A stretch of DNA of 60,658 nt, the filler included. It is 4 parts of 4 records of this genome, joined end to end, with 100 filler letters (N's around TTAATTAATTAA, not from the genome) between each part and the next. Parts side by side here need not be neighbours in the genome. Positions count along the whole stretch, not along the records: positions 39,275 to 54,397 come from DRR723986_632; positions 54,498 to 60,658 come from DRR723986_649; 2 more parts are not named here. One strand, given 5' to 3'. A model generated the notes under the pieces. The model did not search any database, had not been told where the DNA came from, and worked only from the letters and a program-made list of their open reading frames with translations. This document shows positions 49,945 through 59,562 of this stretch, one piece after another. The translations under genes and the position numbers were made by a program. Each line of letters opens with the position of its first letter. The first letter of the stretch is position 1.

Positions 49945-50595
49945 TTATGCCCCCTCTCTCGCTGCTTCCAGAACGTCGACCAAGTTAATCAACATCGCGG
50001 CAGTCGCCCCCCAAATCATAAAGCCATTATAAGGCATAGCGTAATAGTGCCGGCGACGCCCCCGCCAAACGCCACTTTGGCGCTGATGGTTAGATCGGTC
50101 CATGATAAAATCAAGTGGCACCTCAAAGGCTGCGGCGACTTCTCCGCTATCAATTTGCAATTCAAACCCGGGCCGAACCGAAGCAACTATCGGAGTAATT
50201 TCAAACCCTGTACCGGTTCGGTAACTGTCCAGCGTGCCGTGCACGTCAATGTAGTCTTCGGTCAGGCCTATCTCTTCATGCGTTTCACGTAGGGCAGCCG
50301 CCATTGCATTCTCATCGCCTTCGTCAATACTACCACCCGGGAAACTAACTTGTCCTGCATGCTTGGACAATGTTTCTGTCCGCTGCGTAAGCAAAATGGT
50401 GGGGCCCTCATCGTGTCGCACAATAGGCACCAATACAGCAGCTTGCCTGGGTGTTTCCTTAAGAAGCTCGGCTGAGTCATGTTCATTATTCAAGTCAAAG
50501 TCGCTGCGCGCACCGCGTGCGCCGGCGTTGCCTTCTGATAATGCATTTTGTAACCAACGTTGAACCATAAATGCTTCTATTCTTTTGAAGGCCAT
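49945..50595 (-). CDS. CoA pyrophosphatase (Nudix, NudL-like)
   Basis: LLTQR...HAGQVSFPGG, ALRETHEEIG and IWGATA motifs. Confidence 0.92.
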   Translation of the reverse strand: MAFKRIEAFMVQRWLQNALSEGNAGARGARSDFDLNNEHDSAELLKETPRQAAVLVPIVRHDEGPTILLTQRTETLSKHAGQVSFPGGSIDEGDENAMAAALRETHEEIGLTEDYIDVHGTLDSYRTGTGFEITPIVASVRPGFELQIDSGEVAAAFEVPLDFIMDRSNHQRQSGVWRGRRRHYYAMPYNGFMIWGATAAMLINLVDVLEAAREGA

Positions 50596-51161
50596 TCGCC
50601 TAACGAAAACCGCACGGAGTTGCTAACAATATTGCAACGGCTTAAACCTTCAAAATCTTCAACATCACCTTTTTCAATAAGTTCATAATATACTGAGCGC
50701 GCAATCAAAGCTTCAAGACGACCCCGCACTAAAAGATAAGGCCTTGGTTCTCCAGTTTCGGCATCAACGTCCACTCTAATGGGATGGTCTACGCCCGCAA
50801 CAACCACATCACCAACATTAGTGGTGAAACAAAGCGACAGACCTTCCCCCTCGCCAGCAAATTCAACGTTTGTCGCGACAAAATGTGCGTCATCAACGGT
50901 GATACCAATTTTTTCAACTGGCGTAACCAAATAGGTTTTGCCATCCGCGTCCTTACGCAAAACCGAAGCAAACAGCTTAACCATTTTTTTTCGACCGATA
51001 GGCGTTCCCATGTAAAACCAGGTGCCATCCGATGCGATGCGCATATCAATATCACCGCAAAAGTCAGGGTGCCATTTGTCAACTGGCGGGAATTTCTGGT
51101 TCCCCACCTGTTTCATAAATGCTGTAAGGTCAAAACCTTGATGTAACACGCCGTCTTGCAA
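50577..51161 (-). CDS. DUF1285 family protein
   Basis: PPVDKWHPDFCGDIDMRI, LVTPVEK, TNVGD and PY..VRGRLEA motifs. Confidence 0.88.
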   Translation of the reverse strand: MQDGVLHQGFDLTAFMKQVGNQKFPPVDKWHPDFCGDIDMRIASDGTWFYMGTPIGRKKMVKLFASVLRKDADGKTYLVTPVEKIGITVDDAHFVATNVEFAGEGEGLSLCFTTNVGDVVVAGVDHPIRVDVDAETGEPRPYLLVRGRLEALIARSVYYELIEKGDVEDFEGLSRCNIVSNSVRFSLGEWPSKE

Positions 51162-51222
51162 TTAACTGCCTCCTACTTTCTTTATATGGCGTGTTCCCTG
51201 CAAATGAAAAGACACTAAACCC

Positions 51223-51774
51223 TCAACTTGCCATAGCCCATTCATTTTGGTTGTCAGGACTATCACCACCAATTTGTGGCCCAACGCGGCCAACTGCCGG
51301 CAAGGAAGCCAATATAGCTGACTGCTTCACTAGCAACCGCCGGGCATCCCGGCCGCCGGGTAGCGTTATATAACTTGGCAACGTTGGTACGAAGCCAAAG
51401 CGACCATAAAAACACTCGTCACCAACCAAAATAATGCGTTGCTGCCCCATTTCCGTCGCCTTAGATAATGTTCTCATCATCAGCGCAGAGCCTGCACCGC
51501 TACCCTGAAACGCAGGAGCAACAGCAAGTGGGCCTAGTAAAAGTGCCTTATGCTGCGCACCAGTTAAAAGGTCGCTAATGCTTACGCGCCAATATCGAAT
51601 GCTTGCAACCAGCTTTCCCTCGCTACGCACCACTTGGCATAAAGGGGAAACCGGCGCCGTATTGTGCCGCAGCGCATAGGACGCTTTATCGAAACGGTCT
51701 TCGCCAAAAACTGTATTTAAAAGATTTGAAATAACAGGTGCATCACACACCCGTTCGTTATCGAACGTAAACAT
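51223..51774 (-). CDS. GNAT N-acetyltransferase (YhbS-like)
   Basis: FGEDRFDKASYALR, LLGPLAV..QGSGAG and LVGD..FYGRFGF motifs. Confidence 0.88.
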   Translation of the reverse strand: MFTFDNERVCDAPVISNLLNTVFGEDRFDKASYALRHNTAPVSPLCQVVRSEGKLVASIRYWRVSISDLLTGAQHKALLLGPLAVAPAFQGSGAGSALMMRTLSKATEMGQQRIILVGDECFYGRFGFVPTLPSYITLPGGRDARRLLVKQSAILASLPAVGRVGPQIGGDSPDNQNEWAMAS

Positions 51775-51838
51775 CACATTTTTCCATATCAATTGCACGT
51801 AAAGTGCACAAAACAACAAAAGGATTGGTATTAGTCCT

Positions 51839-51898
51839 TCAGCGTCGTCGCAGTCGGCTGTGCCGTTTGATATGGGTTGCGTGTAACATGCTATTCAT
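51839..51898 (-). CDS. Putative Arg-rich leader peptide MNSMLHATHIKRHSRLRRR (alternative start 51889)
   Basis: Minus-strand uORF ending CGA CTG CGA CGA CGC TGA, about 65 nt upstream of the GNAT start; absent from the ORF track. Confidence 0.5.
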   Translation of the reverse strand: MNSMLHATHIKRHSRLRRR

Positions 51899-51956
51899 TA
51901 CGTTTTTATGTTGAAAGTGACCGGACCATAAAGTTAATCAAATTATATAGCCAGTA

Positions 51957-52892
51957 TTATTTTGACAAAAACTCATCTATCTCCTCCGCCGCCATCACAA
52001 CCGTTTGCAATGAACGCAAGAAAAACTCAACGGGTACACTATCAAATTCGTCTGATGGCCTGTGGTAATGCGGATGATCTTCTACTCCGAAGTAAAGGAA
52101 CGGCACCTCGGCCCGATGGAACGGGCCGTGATCAGAGGCAAACGTCCAATCGTTTGGTCCAAGTTTTGGGTCATCATGGCCCTTCATTAGTTTCACTGGT
52201 GCTTTTTCAGCGATTGCGTCAATGACAGCACCAAGCTCTGGGCGGTGAAAAGCACCTGCAACATACAATTCGTTTTTATCGCTACGGCTTAGCATGTCAA
52301 AATTAATATTGAACGCTATATTGGGGTCAATACGTTCCATATTTTTTACAAATGAAACCGCACCTTGCAGGCCCATTTCCTCAGCATCAAACAGGGCAAA
52401 AATAACATCATTTGCAGGCGGGTTTACCTTAAAATGTTCGGCAACAGCTAATACACCTGCAACGCCAGAAGCGTTATCATCTGCGCCGTTGAAAATTTCG
52501 CCGCCTTGCTTCCCCAAATGATCATAATGCGCGGAAACAACAATAGTTTTATTGGTGTTTCCTGTACCTTCGATCTGAAACAGTAGGTTCGTACCTACAT
52601 GATCAGCTTTCGCGCCTTGCTGGCTTTCCGATGTAAACTTAAATTTATGTTCATGGCTTGGGCCGACAGTTTCAACGTTCAGGTCAGCAATTCGCTGGAG
52701 TAAAAACGCCTGAGCTTTTACGCTGCCCTTGGTTCCCGTTCTTCGCCCAGCCATTTCATCGGCAGATAGGGTTTTTATCGTCTCAATCGCTCTATTTTGG
52801 TCAAACGCAGCCGTTTCTGCCCATGCAGCACTACTTGTCAATGCGGCCATTGTGACGGCTGCTGACAAAAATGTTTGATGCAATTTACCCAT
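51957..52892 (-). CDS. Exported M28 family metallopeptidase
   Basis: Signal peptide; SAHYDH, GADDNASG, AEEMG, SDH and YH motifs. Confidence 0.92.
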   Translation of the reverse strand: MGKLHQTFLSAAVTMAALTSSAAWAETAAFDQNRAIETIKTLSADEMAGRRTGTKGSVKAQAFLLQRIADLNVETVGPSHEHKFKFTSESQQGAKADHVGTNLLFQIEGTGNTNKTIVVSAHYDHLGKQGGEIFNGADDNASGVAGVLAVAEHFKVNPPANDVIFALFDAEEMGLQGAVSFVKNMERIDPNIAFNINFDMLSRSDKNELYVAGAFHRPELGAVIDAIAEKAPVKLMKGHDDPKLGPNDWTFASDHGPFHRAEVPFLYFGVEDHPHYHRPSDEFDSVPVEFFLRSLQTVVMAAEEIDEFLSK

Positions 52893-52997
52893 AACCGTAC
52901 CTATTTAATTTGACTGACAGTCTTCAATCTACTTCACCTGCCGCAGATAGCAATATCAAGACGGTAACCCGGTTTACGAAAACTCTTCAAACATAAA

Positions 52998-53030
52998 GAA
53001 AACCCCCGCAGCAAATGCTGCGAGGGTTTC
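52998..53030 (-). terminator. Intrinsic terminator of groEL
   Basis: GAAAACCCCCGCAGCA-aa-TGCTGCGAGGGTTTC hairpin. Confidence 0.72.
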
Positions 53031-53067
53031 ATACTCAGAACTTAACTTTAACGGATGATTGGCTGGC

Positions 53068-54397
53068 TTAGAAGCCCATGCCACCCATGCCGCCCATGCC
53101 GCCCATGTCAGGCATACCGCCACCAGGCATAGCTGGAGCAGCTGCAGGCTCAGGCTTATCAGCAACCATTGCTTCAGTTGTGATCATCAAACCTGCAACA
53201 GATGCTGCGTCCTGCAGAGCAGTACGAACAACTTTTGTCGGGTCAATGATACCTTTTGCAACCAAGTCGCCGTATTCCTCTGTCTGAGCATCAAAGCCAT
53301 AGTTGGCATCGCTTTGCTCAAGGAGTTTTCCTGCAACAACAGCACCGTCAACGCCTGAGTTTTCAGCAATTTGACGAACTGGTGATTGAAGCGCACGACG
53401 TACAATCGCGATACCACGAGTTTGGTCATCATTCGCGCCTTCAAGGCCTTCCAGAGCTTTTGTCGCGAACAACAATGCAGTACCACCGCCAGCAACAACG
53501 CCTTCTTCAACAGCTGCGCGGGTTGCGTGCAATGCATCGTCAACACGGTCTTTACGCTCTTTCACTTCAATCTCTGTTGCACCACCAACTTTAATGACAG
53601 CAACACCGCCAGAAAGTTTAGCAAGGCGCTCTTGAAGCTTCTCTTTGTCGTAGTCAGAAGTAGTTACTTCGATCTGCGCTTTGATCTGCTCAACGCGTGC
53701 CTTGATCTCGTCTTCTTCACCAATGCCATCAACGATAGTTGTGTCTTCTTTGGTGATGTTCACGCGCTTGGCAGAACCAAGCATGTCAATGGTCACATTC
53801 TCAAGCTTGATGCCCAGATCTTCAGAGATCACGTCGCCCTGTGTTAGGACAGCGATGTCTTCAAGCATTGCTTTGCGGCGGTCACCGAAGCCAGGTGCTT
53901 TAACAGCAGCAATCTTCAAGCCACCGCGCAGCTTGTTAACAACCAAGGTTGCCAGTGCTTCGCCTTCAATGTCTTCCGCAATGATAAGCAGCGGACGGCT
54001 GCTTTGTACAACAGCTTCCAGAAGTGGCAGCATTGGCTGAAGGTTAGAAAGCTTCTTCTCGTGCAAAAGGATCAATGGGTTTTCCATATCAACCGTCATC
54101 TTCTCAGCATTTGTGATGAAGTAAGGTGATAGGTAACCACGGTCGAACTGCATGCCTTCAACAACGTCCAGCTCGCTCTCGAGGCCTTTAGCTTCCTCAA
54201 CAGTGATAACGCCTTCTTTGCCAACTTTTTCCATGGCAGCGGCGATATCTTTACCAACTTGAGCTTCACCGTTGGCTGAAATTGTACCAACTTGCTCAAT
54301 CTCTTCGTTAGACGTTACTGTTTTGGTGCGGCCTTTGAGGTCTTCAACAACAGCAGTTGTAGCAAGGTCGATGCCGCGCTTCAGGTCCATTGGGTTC
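53068..54397 (-). CDS. groEL: Chaperonin GroEL (5'-truncated by contig end)
   Basis: [24 protein letters not shown] and the GGM-repeat tail. Confidence 0.98.
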
Positions 54398-54497
54398 NNN
54401 NNNNNNNNNNNNNNNNNNNNNNNNNNNNNNNNNNNNNNNNNTTAATTAATTAANNNNNNNNNNNNNNNNNNNNNNNNNNNNNNNNNNNNNNNNNNNN
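54398..54497. other. Artificial contig linker
   Basis: N44-TTAATTAATTAA-N44. Confidence 0.98.
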
Positions 54498-54685
54498 CCA
54501 GCCCTTAGGGCTGGAGCCCGTTTTTGGCGAATAATCGACAGTCTCGAATTCTGCAGAATTCAGACCCGGCAACTAACAAGATGGCCTGGAAGCGTACCGC
54601 AGGTAAACGCGCTCATGTTCCACGCCCCATGTCATCGCCTGTAACAAACGGGGTCAAAAAACGACAGAATCCCTTTAAAACACAA

Positions 54686-54713
54686 CAGCGCCGGAATGTG
54701 AATTCCGACGCTG
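54686..54713 (-). terminator. Probable terminator hairpin downstream of the T9SS cargo gene
   Basis: CAGCGCCGGAAT-gtga-ATTCCGACGCTG, followed on the minus strand by TTGTGTTTT. Confidence 0.6.
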
Positions 54714-54765
54714 CTATAGATTGTCAATTGCCTACCGGCAATTCAGCTACATGTGTAAGTGCGGA

Positions 54766-56298
54766 TTAGCGCATTACTGCCATTTTGCCACTGAATTTTT
54801 GGCCACCGGCTGTCATCGTGTAGATGTACGTGCCTTCGGCGATGTTGCCAGTTTCGATGTCCCAGATGTAGGAACCTGGTGCCATTGATGCGCGGCTCTC
54901 TTCAAATACAACTTCACCAAGGATGTTGGAGATTTGCAGAGAAACGGCTGTCTGACGGTCGAGGCTGAAAGGAATGTTAGCGACTGCAACGGCTGGGTTA
55001 GGGAATACCTGACCAAGTGCCAAACCGCTCAAAGTTGCGGCTTCGTCCTCACGGACAGAAATGATGACACCATCTTCAAATGGCCATTCCTCAGCTGTTT
55101 CCAGATCACCCATGTACTCACCGAAGACAGCGATGTCAAGGTTAAAACGCAGGCGCTGCTGGAGCATGTATGGGAAGTTGCGTGTGACGTTGTCACCAGC
55201 AAAGCTCAGACCAACATTGTGCATGTCGATGATAACATCGGTGTTGTTAACCTTGTTGCCGGCTGCGTCGAGGTTATGACGAAAGAGACCGCCCATACCC
55301 CACTGTGAGTTATCACCGAACTGCCATTCCCAGCCACCAACGATACGTACGCGTTCGTTGTCGTCTGTGCCTACATCTGGTGAATCGTAGTTTTCAGGAA
55401 CAAAAACAAACACCAGGTGTGAACCAGCAGGATACTCCAAACCAGGAGTGTGGATTACGAGGCGATTGATGCTGATGATAGTACCGGCAGCATTGAGTTC
55501 GATAGCCTCGTTGATATCCTGTGCAGGAATCGGAAAGAAGCCATTATTCCCATTAACGTCCATGAAAGTCAAGCGAGCGTTGCTTTCTTCACCACCAACG
55601 TCGTCAAAGATTCTCTCAAACAGACGTGCAGGCGAATTCGCTTGAGGGATGTCGGCAAAGATATCACGCTCAGCGGCATCAGGGTTGATAATGAATGGGA
55701 ATACGACCCAGTCATTTTGGACACCAGGACGCTCAGGTGGCAAAACTCCACCAGGAACGATCATCAGCGGTGCGATCGAATCGATGCGAACCATTGCGTC
55801 AGGATCTTCAGTATTCCAGGCAGGAATGATCTGCGTACCACCAATGGCACGCCAGCCTTGACCGTTTGCTGGGCGGAATTCGCCTGGGAAGTCACCAAAA
55901 GGCACCAGGAAGAGACGCTCAGGCTCACCTTCTTCATCAAGGTTAACCGGGTGTGTGATGATAAACGATGTATCAGCAACACCTTCTTCGAACTCGTCAA
56001 ATTCAGTCGAGTATGCAAAGAAAGGATCAACGTCAGGAATCGCGAGCATGTTATCGCTTGCGGATCTGAATCTATCGATCAGGTATGGAGCGCGGAAATC
56101 GTCGCCCTTGACTTTAGGAACCGTGATTTGGTCTGAGACACCTTCAACATAGTCAAATGTTGGGCGCTCGGCGGTGAGGACCGCAGGGTTGATATTGCTA
56201 ACGTCAAGATCACCCGTACGGATGTTGCGTTGACCATAGGCAGTTGAAAGCCCACCCATCAGCAACGCAGTAGTCACTACTGTAAATTTTTTCAGCAT
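54766..56298 (-). CDS. Secreted acidic protein with type IX secretion (type A) C-terminal sorting domain
   Basis: Signal peptide ending AYG-Q; C-terminal LGQVFPNP...ISNILG...GTYIY...KMAVMR; ATG 56298 with GGAGA RBS. Confidence 0.85.
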   Translation of the reverse strand: MLKKFTVVTTALLMGGLSTAYGQRNIRTGDLDVSNINPAVLTAERPTFDYVEGVSDQITVPKVKGDDFRAPYLIDRFRSASDNMLAIPDVDPFFAYSTEFDEFEEGVADTSFIITHPVNLDEEGEPERLFLVPFGDFPGEFRPANGQGWRAIGGTQIIPAWNTEDPDAMVRIDSIAPLMIVPGGVLPPERPGVQNDWVVFPFIINPDAAERDIFADIPQANSPARLFERIFDDVGGEESNARLTFMDVNGNNGFFPIPAQDINEAIELNAAGTIISINRLVIHTPGLEYPAGSHLVFVFVPENYDSPDVGTDDNERVRIVGGWEWQFGDNSQWGMGGLFRHNLDAAGNKVNNTDVIIDMHNVGLSFAGDNVTRNFPYMLQQRLRFNLDIAVFGEYMGDLETAEEWPFEDGVIISVREDEAATLSGLALGQVFPNPAVAVANIPFSLDRQTAVSLQISNILGEVVFEESRASMAPGSYIWDIETGNIAEGTYIYTMTAGGQKFSGKMAVMR

Positions 56299-56727
56299 AG
56301 TTTCTCCAAAGAAAACAGACATGCAGTTTATGAATGAAGTCAATATTATCTGGTTATTGATTGCATGGGTCAAGTATTCAAAGCTTTGACAGCTTGTAAA
56401 ACTTTAAGGCAGCCCCTGGTCCAAGTCAAAATCGGTATCGGTATTCGGAGGACCAAGCCGCAAATTTATCAATTTTCAACCGAAGTTGAAAATCTTACGG
56501 CTGTTTTTAGCCTGAGCGTGGCCTGATGGTACCGGTTCTTCAGCCTTCGATGCCGGAACGCGACATGCAATCAAATCGTTCCGGCGGCTTCTGCACGTTC
56601 GAATATAAGGCCAAAACCTGGCGTTGCTACCACATATAAACCACATAACAAGTGGCGAGAGATAAACGTAAGTTTCGCTAGACTATATCCCACCCAACAC
56701 GAATGACTTGCACCAGTTGACTTTGAT

Positions 56728-58296
56728 TCACTCATCAATTTTTTTTGCGACTTCGATGCGAATGCTAAGGCCCATAACTTCCTCCAGCAGCGTCTGCTTG
56801 CGCGATGCGCCCCAAATTTCAATGTCTGGATCCGGTCCATTTTTTTTGGGCTGAAGCGTCAGCAGCACGTAGCGCGCTTTGACTTTAACGGTCAGATTGA
56901 GCACGTTTTGCAGGCGGCGGCGATCGAGCCCCTCCGCTACGCGCAGAATACCGGCCAGCCAACACATACTTACATGATATTCGCGCGGCAAACGCTGCAG
57001 GGCCTCGTGCTTGGGTTTGGGGTGACTTTTGCGGTGGTAACGTGCGATGTTCGCAATCAGCTCAATTTCATTATTTGTAAAACCGAGCAGATTAGAGTTC
57101 CTGATGATATAGTATGAATGCCGATGATGCGCCGCCGCGGAGATAACATAACCGATGTCATGCAGATATGCAGCGGCTTCGAGTAGCTCGCGCTCCTCGT
57201 CACCCAGCCCATGCAGCGGCTGCAGTGCATCAAAGAGTTTTACGGCCAGCTTGCGCGCGTGGCGCGCGTGTTTGAGGTCCACGCGGCAGTGTTCCGCCAG
57301 ATGCAGGACCGACTCATAGCGCAGGCGGCTCAGGTGGTGGTACTTGCGGATATTGCGCTGTTTCTGGATTGTATCCAGCAGAATTCCTTCGCGCAGGGCG
57401 TATTGCGAAAAGCGAATCTTTTTGATTTTGAGCTCAATGACTAACTGTTCCAGGATCAAAGCGCCGCCGACGATAATATCGGCGCGTTTGGGCTCGACTC
57501 CCTGGAAGGCGGCGCGTTTTTTGGCGGTTTTGAGTTTGAGCAGCTCACCTACGGCCCAGAACACGTCGGCATCGCTGATCTGCATGCCATTAAAATTGTC
57601 AATCGGCTTGAGCGGATTCTCGCGTGCCGCCACCATCGAGAAGATCGTTTGAATCGTTCCCGAACTGCCCACCACTTCTTCGTACTTCGTCTTTTGCAGC
57701 GAACGCAGCGAGGGAGCAATTTCTCCACGAATATGTTGGCGGCACTGGCTGACGGCCTTGTCGGTCAGCGTCGGTTTGGAGAGGAAACGGCGGCTTAGGC
57801 GTATCGCGCCGAGCTTGTGGCTGAAAACTGCATGCAGGTCGCCGTTGGTGCCGATGGCTGTTTCTGTACTTCCGCCGCCGATGTCAATCACCAGTACGCG
57901 CGTGTCAAACAGGGGCAGGGCCTGCAGCACTCCCAGGTAAATCAGGCGCGCTTCTTCAACACCGGAGATGACTTCAACCGCTACGCCCGTTGCGTTTTTG
58001 ACTTCCTGCACAAATACCGCTGAATTTTCAGCCTCGCGGAGCGCACTCGTGGCAATTGCCCGAATCTGGGCCTGCTGGTTCTCCGCCATCGTCACAAAAC
58101 GTTTCATCGCCAGCACACCGCGGGAGGCGGCCTGGGGCGTCAGGTAACGCATTTCACTGGTCATCTCTCCCAGGCGCACAACTTCCTTGTCATTGCTGTG
58201 CACGGTGATGACACCTTCTTTACTAATTGACGCTATTACGATGTGGATCGAATTTGTACCAACGTCAATCGCTGCGTAGAGTGACCGATCGGCCAT
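56728..58296 (-). CDS. ppx: Ppx/GppA family exopolyphosphatase with HD domain
   Basis: IDVGTNS, ATSALREA, DIGGGSTE, LREG, LHDIG and ARYHRK motifs. Confidence 0.93.
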   Translation of the reverse strand: MADRSLYAAIDVGTNSIHIVIASISKEGVITVHSNDKEVVRLGEMTSEMRYLTPQAASRGVLAMKRFVTMAENQQAQIRAIATSALREAENSAVFVQEVKNATGVAVEVISGVEEARLIYLGVLQALPLFDTRVLVIDIGGGSTETAIGTNGDLHAVFSHKLGAIRLSRRFLSKPTLTDKAVSQCRQHIRGEIAPSLRSLQKTKYEEVVGSSGTIQTIFSMVAARENPLKPIDNFNGMQISDADVFWAVGELLKLKTAKKRAAFQGVEPKRADIIVGGALILEQLVIELKIKKIRFSQYALREGILLDTIQKQRNIRKYHHLSRLRYESVLHLAEHCRVDLKHARHARKLAVKLFDALQPLHGLGDEERELLEAAAYLHDIGYVISAAAHHRHSYYIIRNSNLLGFTNNEIELIANIARYHRKSHPKPKHEALQRLPREYHVSMCWLAGILRVAEGLDRRRLQNVLNLTVKVKARYVLLTLQPKKNGPDPDIEIWGASRKQTLLEEVMGLSIRIEVAKKIDE

Positions 58297-58473
58297 AAAT
58301 GTTCTGCTCCAATGTGCCCAATTTCTCCCCTGAAGGGCGTGAATTTACGTTTAAGCGAGCACAAATGCACTAATTTCGGCCTTGGCAGCCGAGTACATCT
58401 GCTCTAAATTGGCAACTGATTAGCACTAAACCGGCAATTTCTCTCCAGCAATTTTGAAGCAAATACTACGAGT

Positions 58474-59466
58474 ATGGCACATTCGGCTATGGTGAAATCA
58501 CGCGCGCGCCTTCGGTACTCCAGTGCCCGATGTGGCAGTGCAGTGCATGCATCGCTGTACTGCATCGGACTGATGGCCCTTCTTTGCTTTTCGACTCTGC
58601 CGGCCGCCGGCCAGCGTTATGTGGAACGCGGCATTCTGATCAATCCCCTTGCTACGGTCGAACGCCCGCCGGCAGAAGATTCAGTGCAGTTCCTGCCAGG
58701 CACGTACGGCTTTGGTGAACTGTTTTACACGTTTGATGATAGTGTGCAGGCCTGGAGCCAACGCCTTTTGCTGACGGTTGAACTCGTGCGTTTTTCGGCG
58801 CGGCAGACGCTTTCGTTCAATACCAATATTGAGTTCGTTGCCGACCCGAATAATTCGATCGGTTTTAACCCGCGCGCTATCTGGTTTGAGGAAAACCTGA
58901 TGTACACGCAGCAGCAAGCGGGATGGCTCTGGCAGGTTGCTTATAATCATCGCTGTAAACACGATATTGACAATCTTTCGGAAAACACGCAGCGTGGCCT
59001 CATCTACGGATCGCTTTCGGGCCGGATTGTTTTACACGGAGACGAAGCGCCGCGGCCACAGTTTTTTGCAGCGCTACGCACGGATGTTTACACTTTACTT
59101 GCCGACGACCGCAGTCCGATTATCGCCGAATTAATAGCCCCCGACTTTGATCATCTGGCGGCCAGTCTGGGTGCAATGGCACACTGGAACAGCGGCGGAG
59201 ACGGCATTTTGGGTTGGTATGGGCAGGCCAATGCTCTGATTAACTTTTTTGGCACGGAAGCCGGATTCAGCAATCGCATTGCGAGCATCGAGGATGTAGC
59301 TGTTAACTGGGGACTTGAGGCCGGCATAGAGCTACGTGGCAATTCCCGCATGCAAATTGGCGCGCGCATCGAGCACTTTCACGACGCTGAAGTCTTGCCG
59401 ATTCCCACGGAGCGCACATACTTTAGCATTGGCGTGCGCATATTTGAAGCCGGTGTTTTCTGGTAG
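58474..59466 (+). CDS. Hypothetical exported protein, probable outer-membrane beta-barrel (start uncertain)
   Basis: Signal-like segment ending AAG-Q, alternating hydrophobic strands (NWGLEAGIELRG, YFSIGVRIF), aromatic C-terminus. Confidence 0.6.
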   Translation: MAHSAMVKSRARLRYSSARCGSAVHASLYCIGLMALLCFSTLPAAGQRYVERGILINPLATVERPPAEDSVQFLPGTYGFGELFYTFDDSVQAWSQRLLLTVELVRFSARQTLSFNTNIEFVADPNNSIGFNPRAIWFEENLMYTQQQAGWLWQVAYNHRCKHDIDNLSENTQRGLIYGSLSGRIVLHGDEAPRPQFFAALRTDVYTLLADDRSPIIAELIAPDFDHLAASLGAMAHWNSGGDGILGWYGQANALINFFGTEAGFSNRIASIEDVAVNWGLEAGIELRGNSRMQIGARIEHFHDAEVLPIPTERTYFSIGVRIFEAGVFW

Positions 59467-59562
59467 CCGTGGGCTCTGAAGATTAAACAGATTCTCCGTG
59501 TGCCTCCTTCCGGCTCCAGCCTTGTGCATTGTGTGGCCCGGAGTTATGGCCCGGAGTTGCGT

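Noticed and set aside
53072..53110. 9-bp tandem repeat GCCCATGCC
   Set aside because: Encodes the ordinary GGM tail of GroEL
59534..59559. Direct repeat TGGCCCGGAGTT x2 as a CRISPR remnant
   Set aside because: Only two adjacent 12-bp copies, no spacers and no cas genes; a simple local duplication
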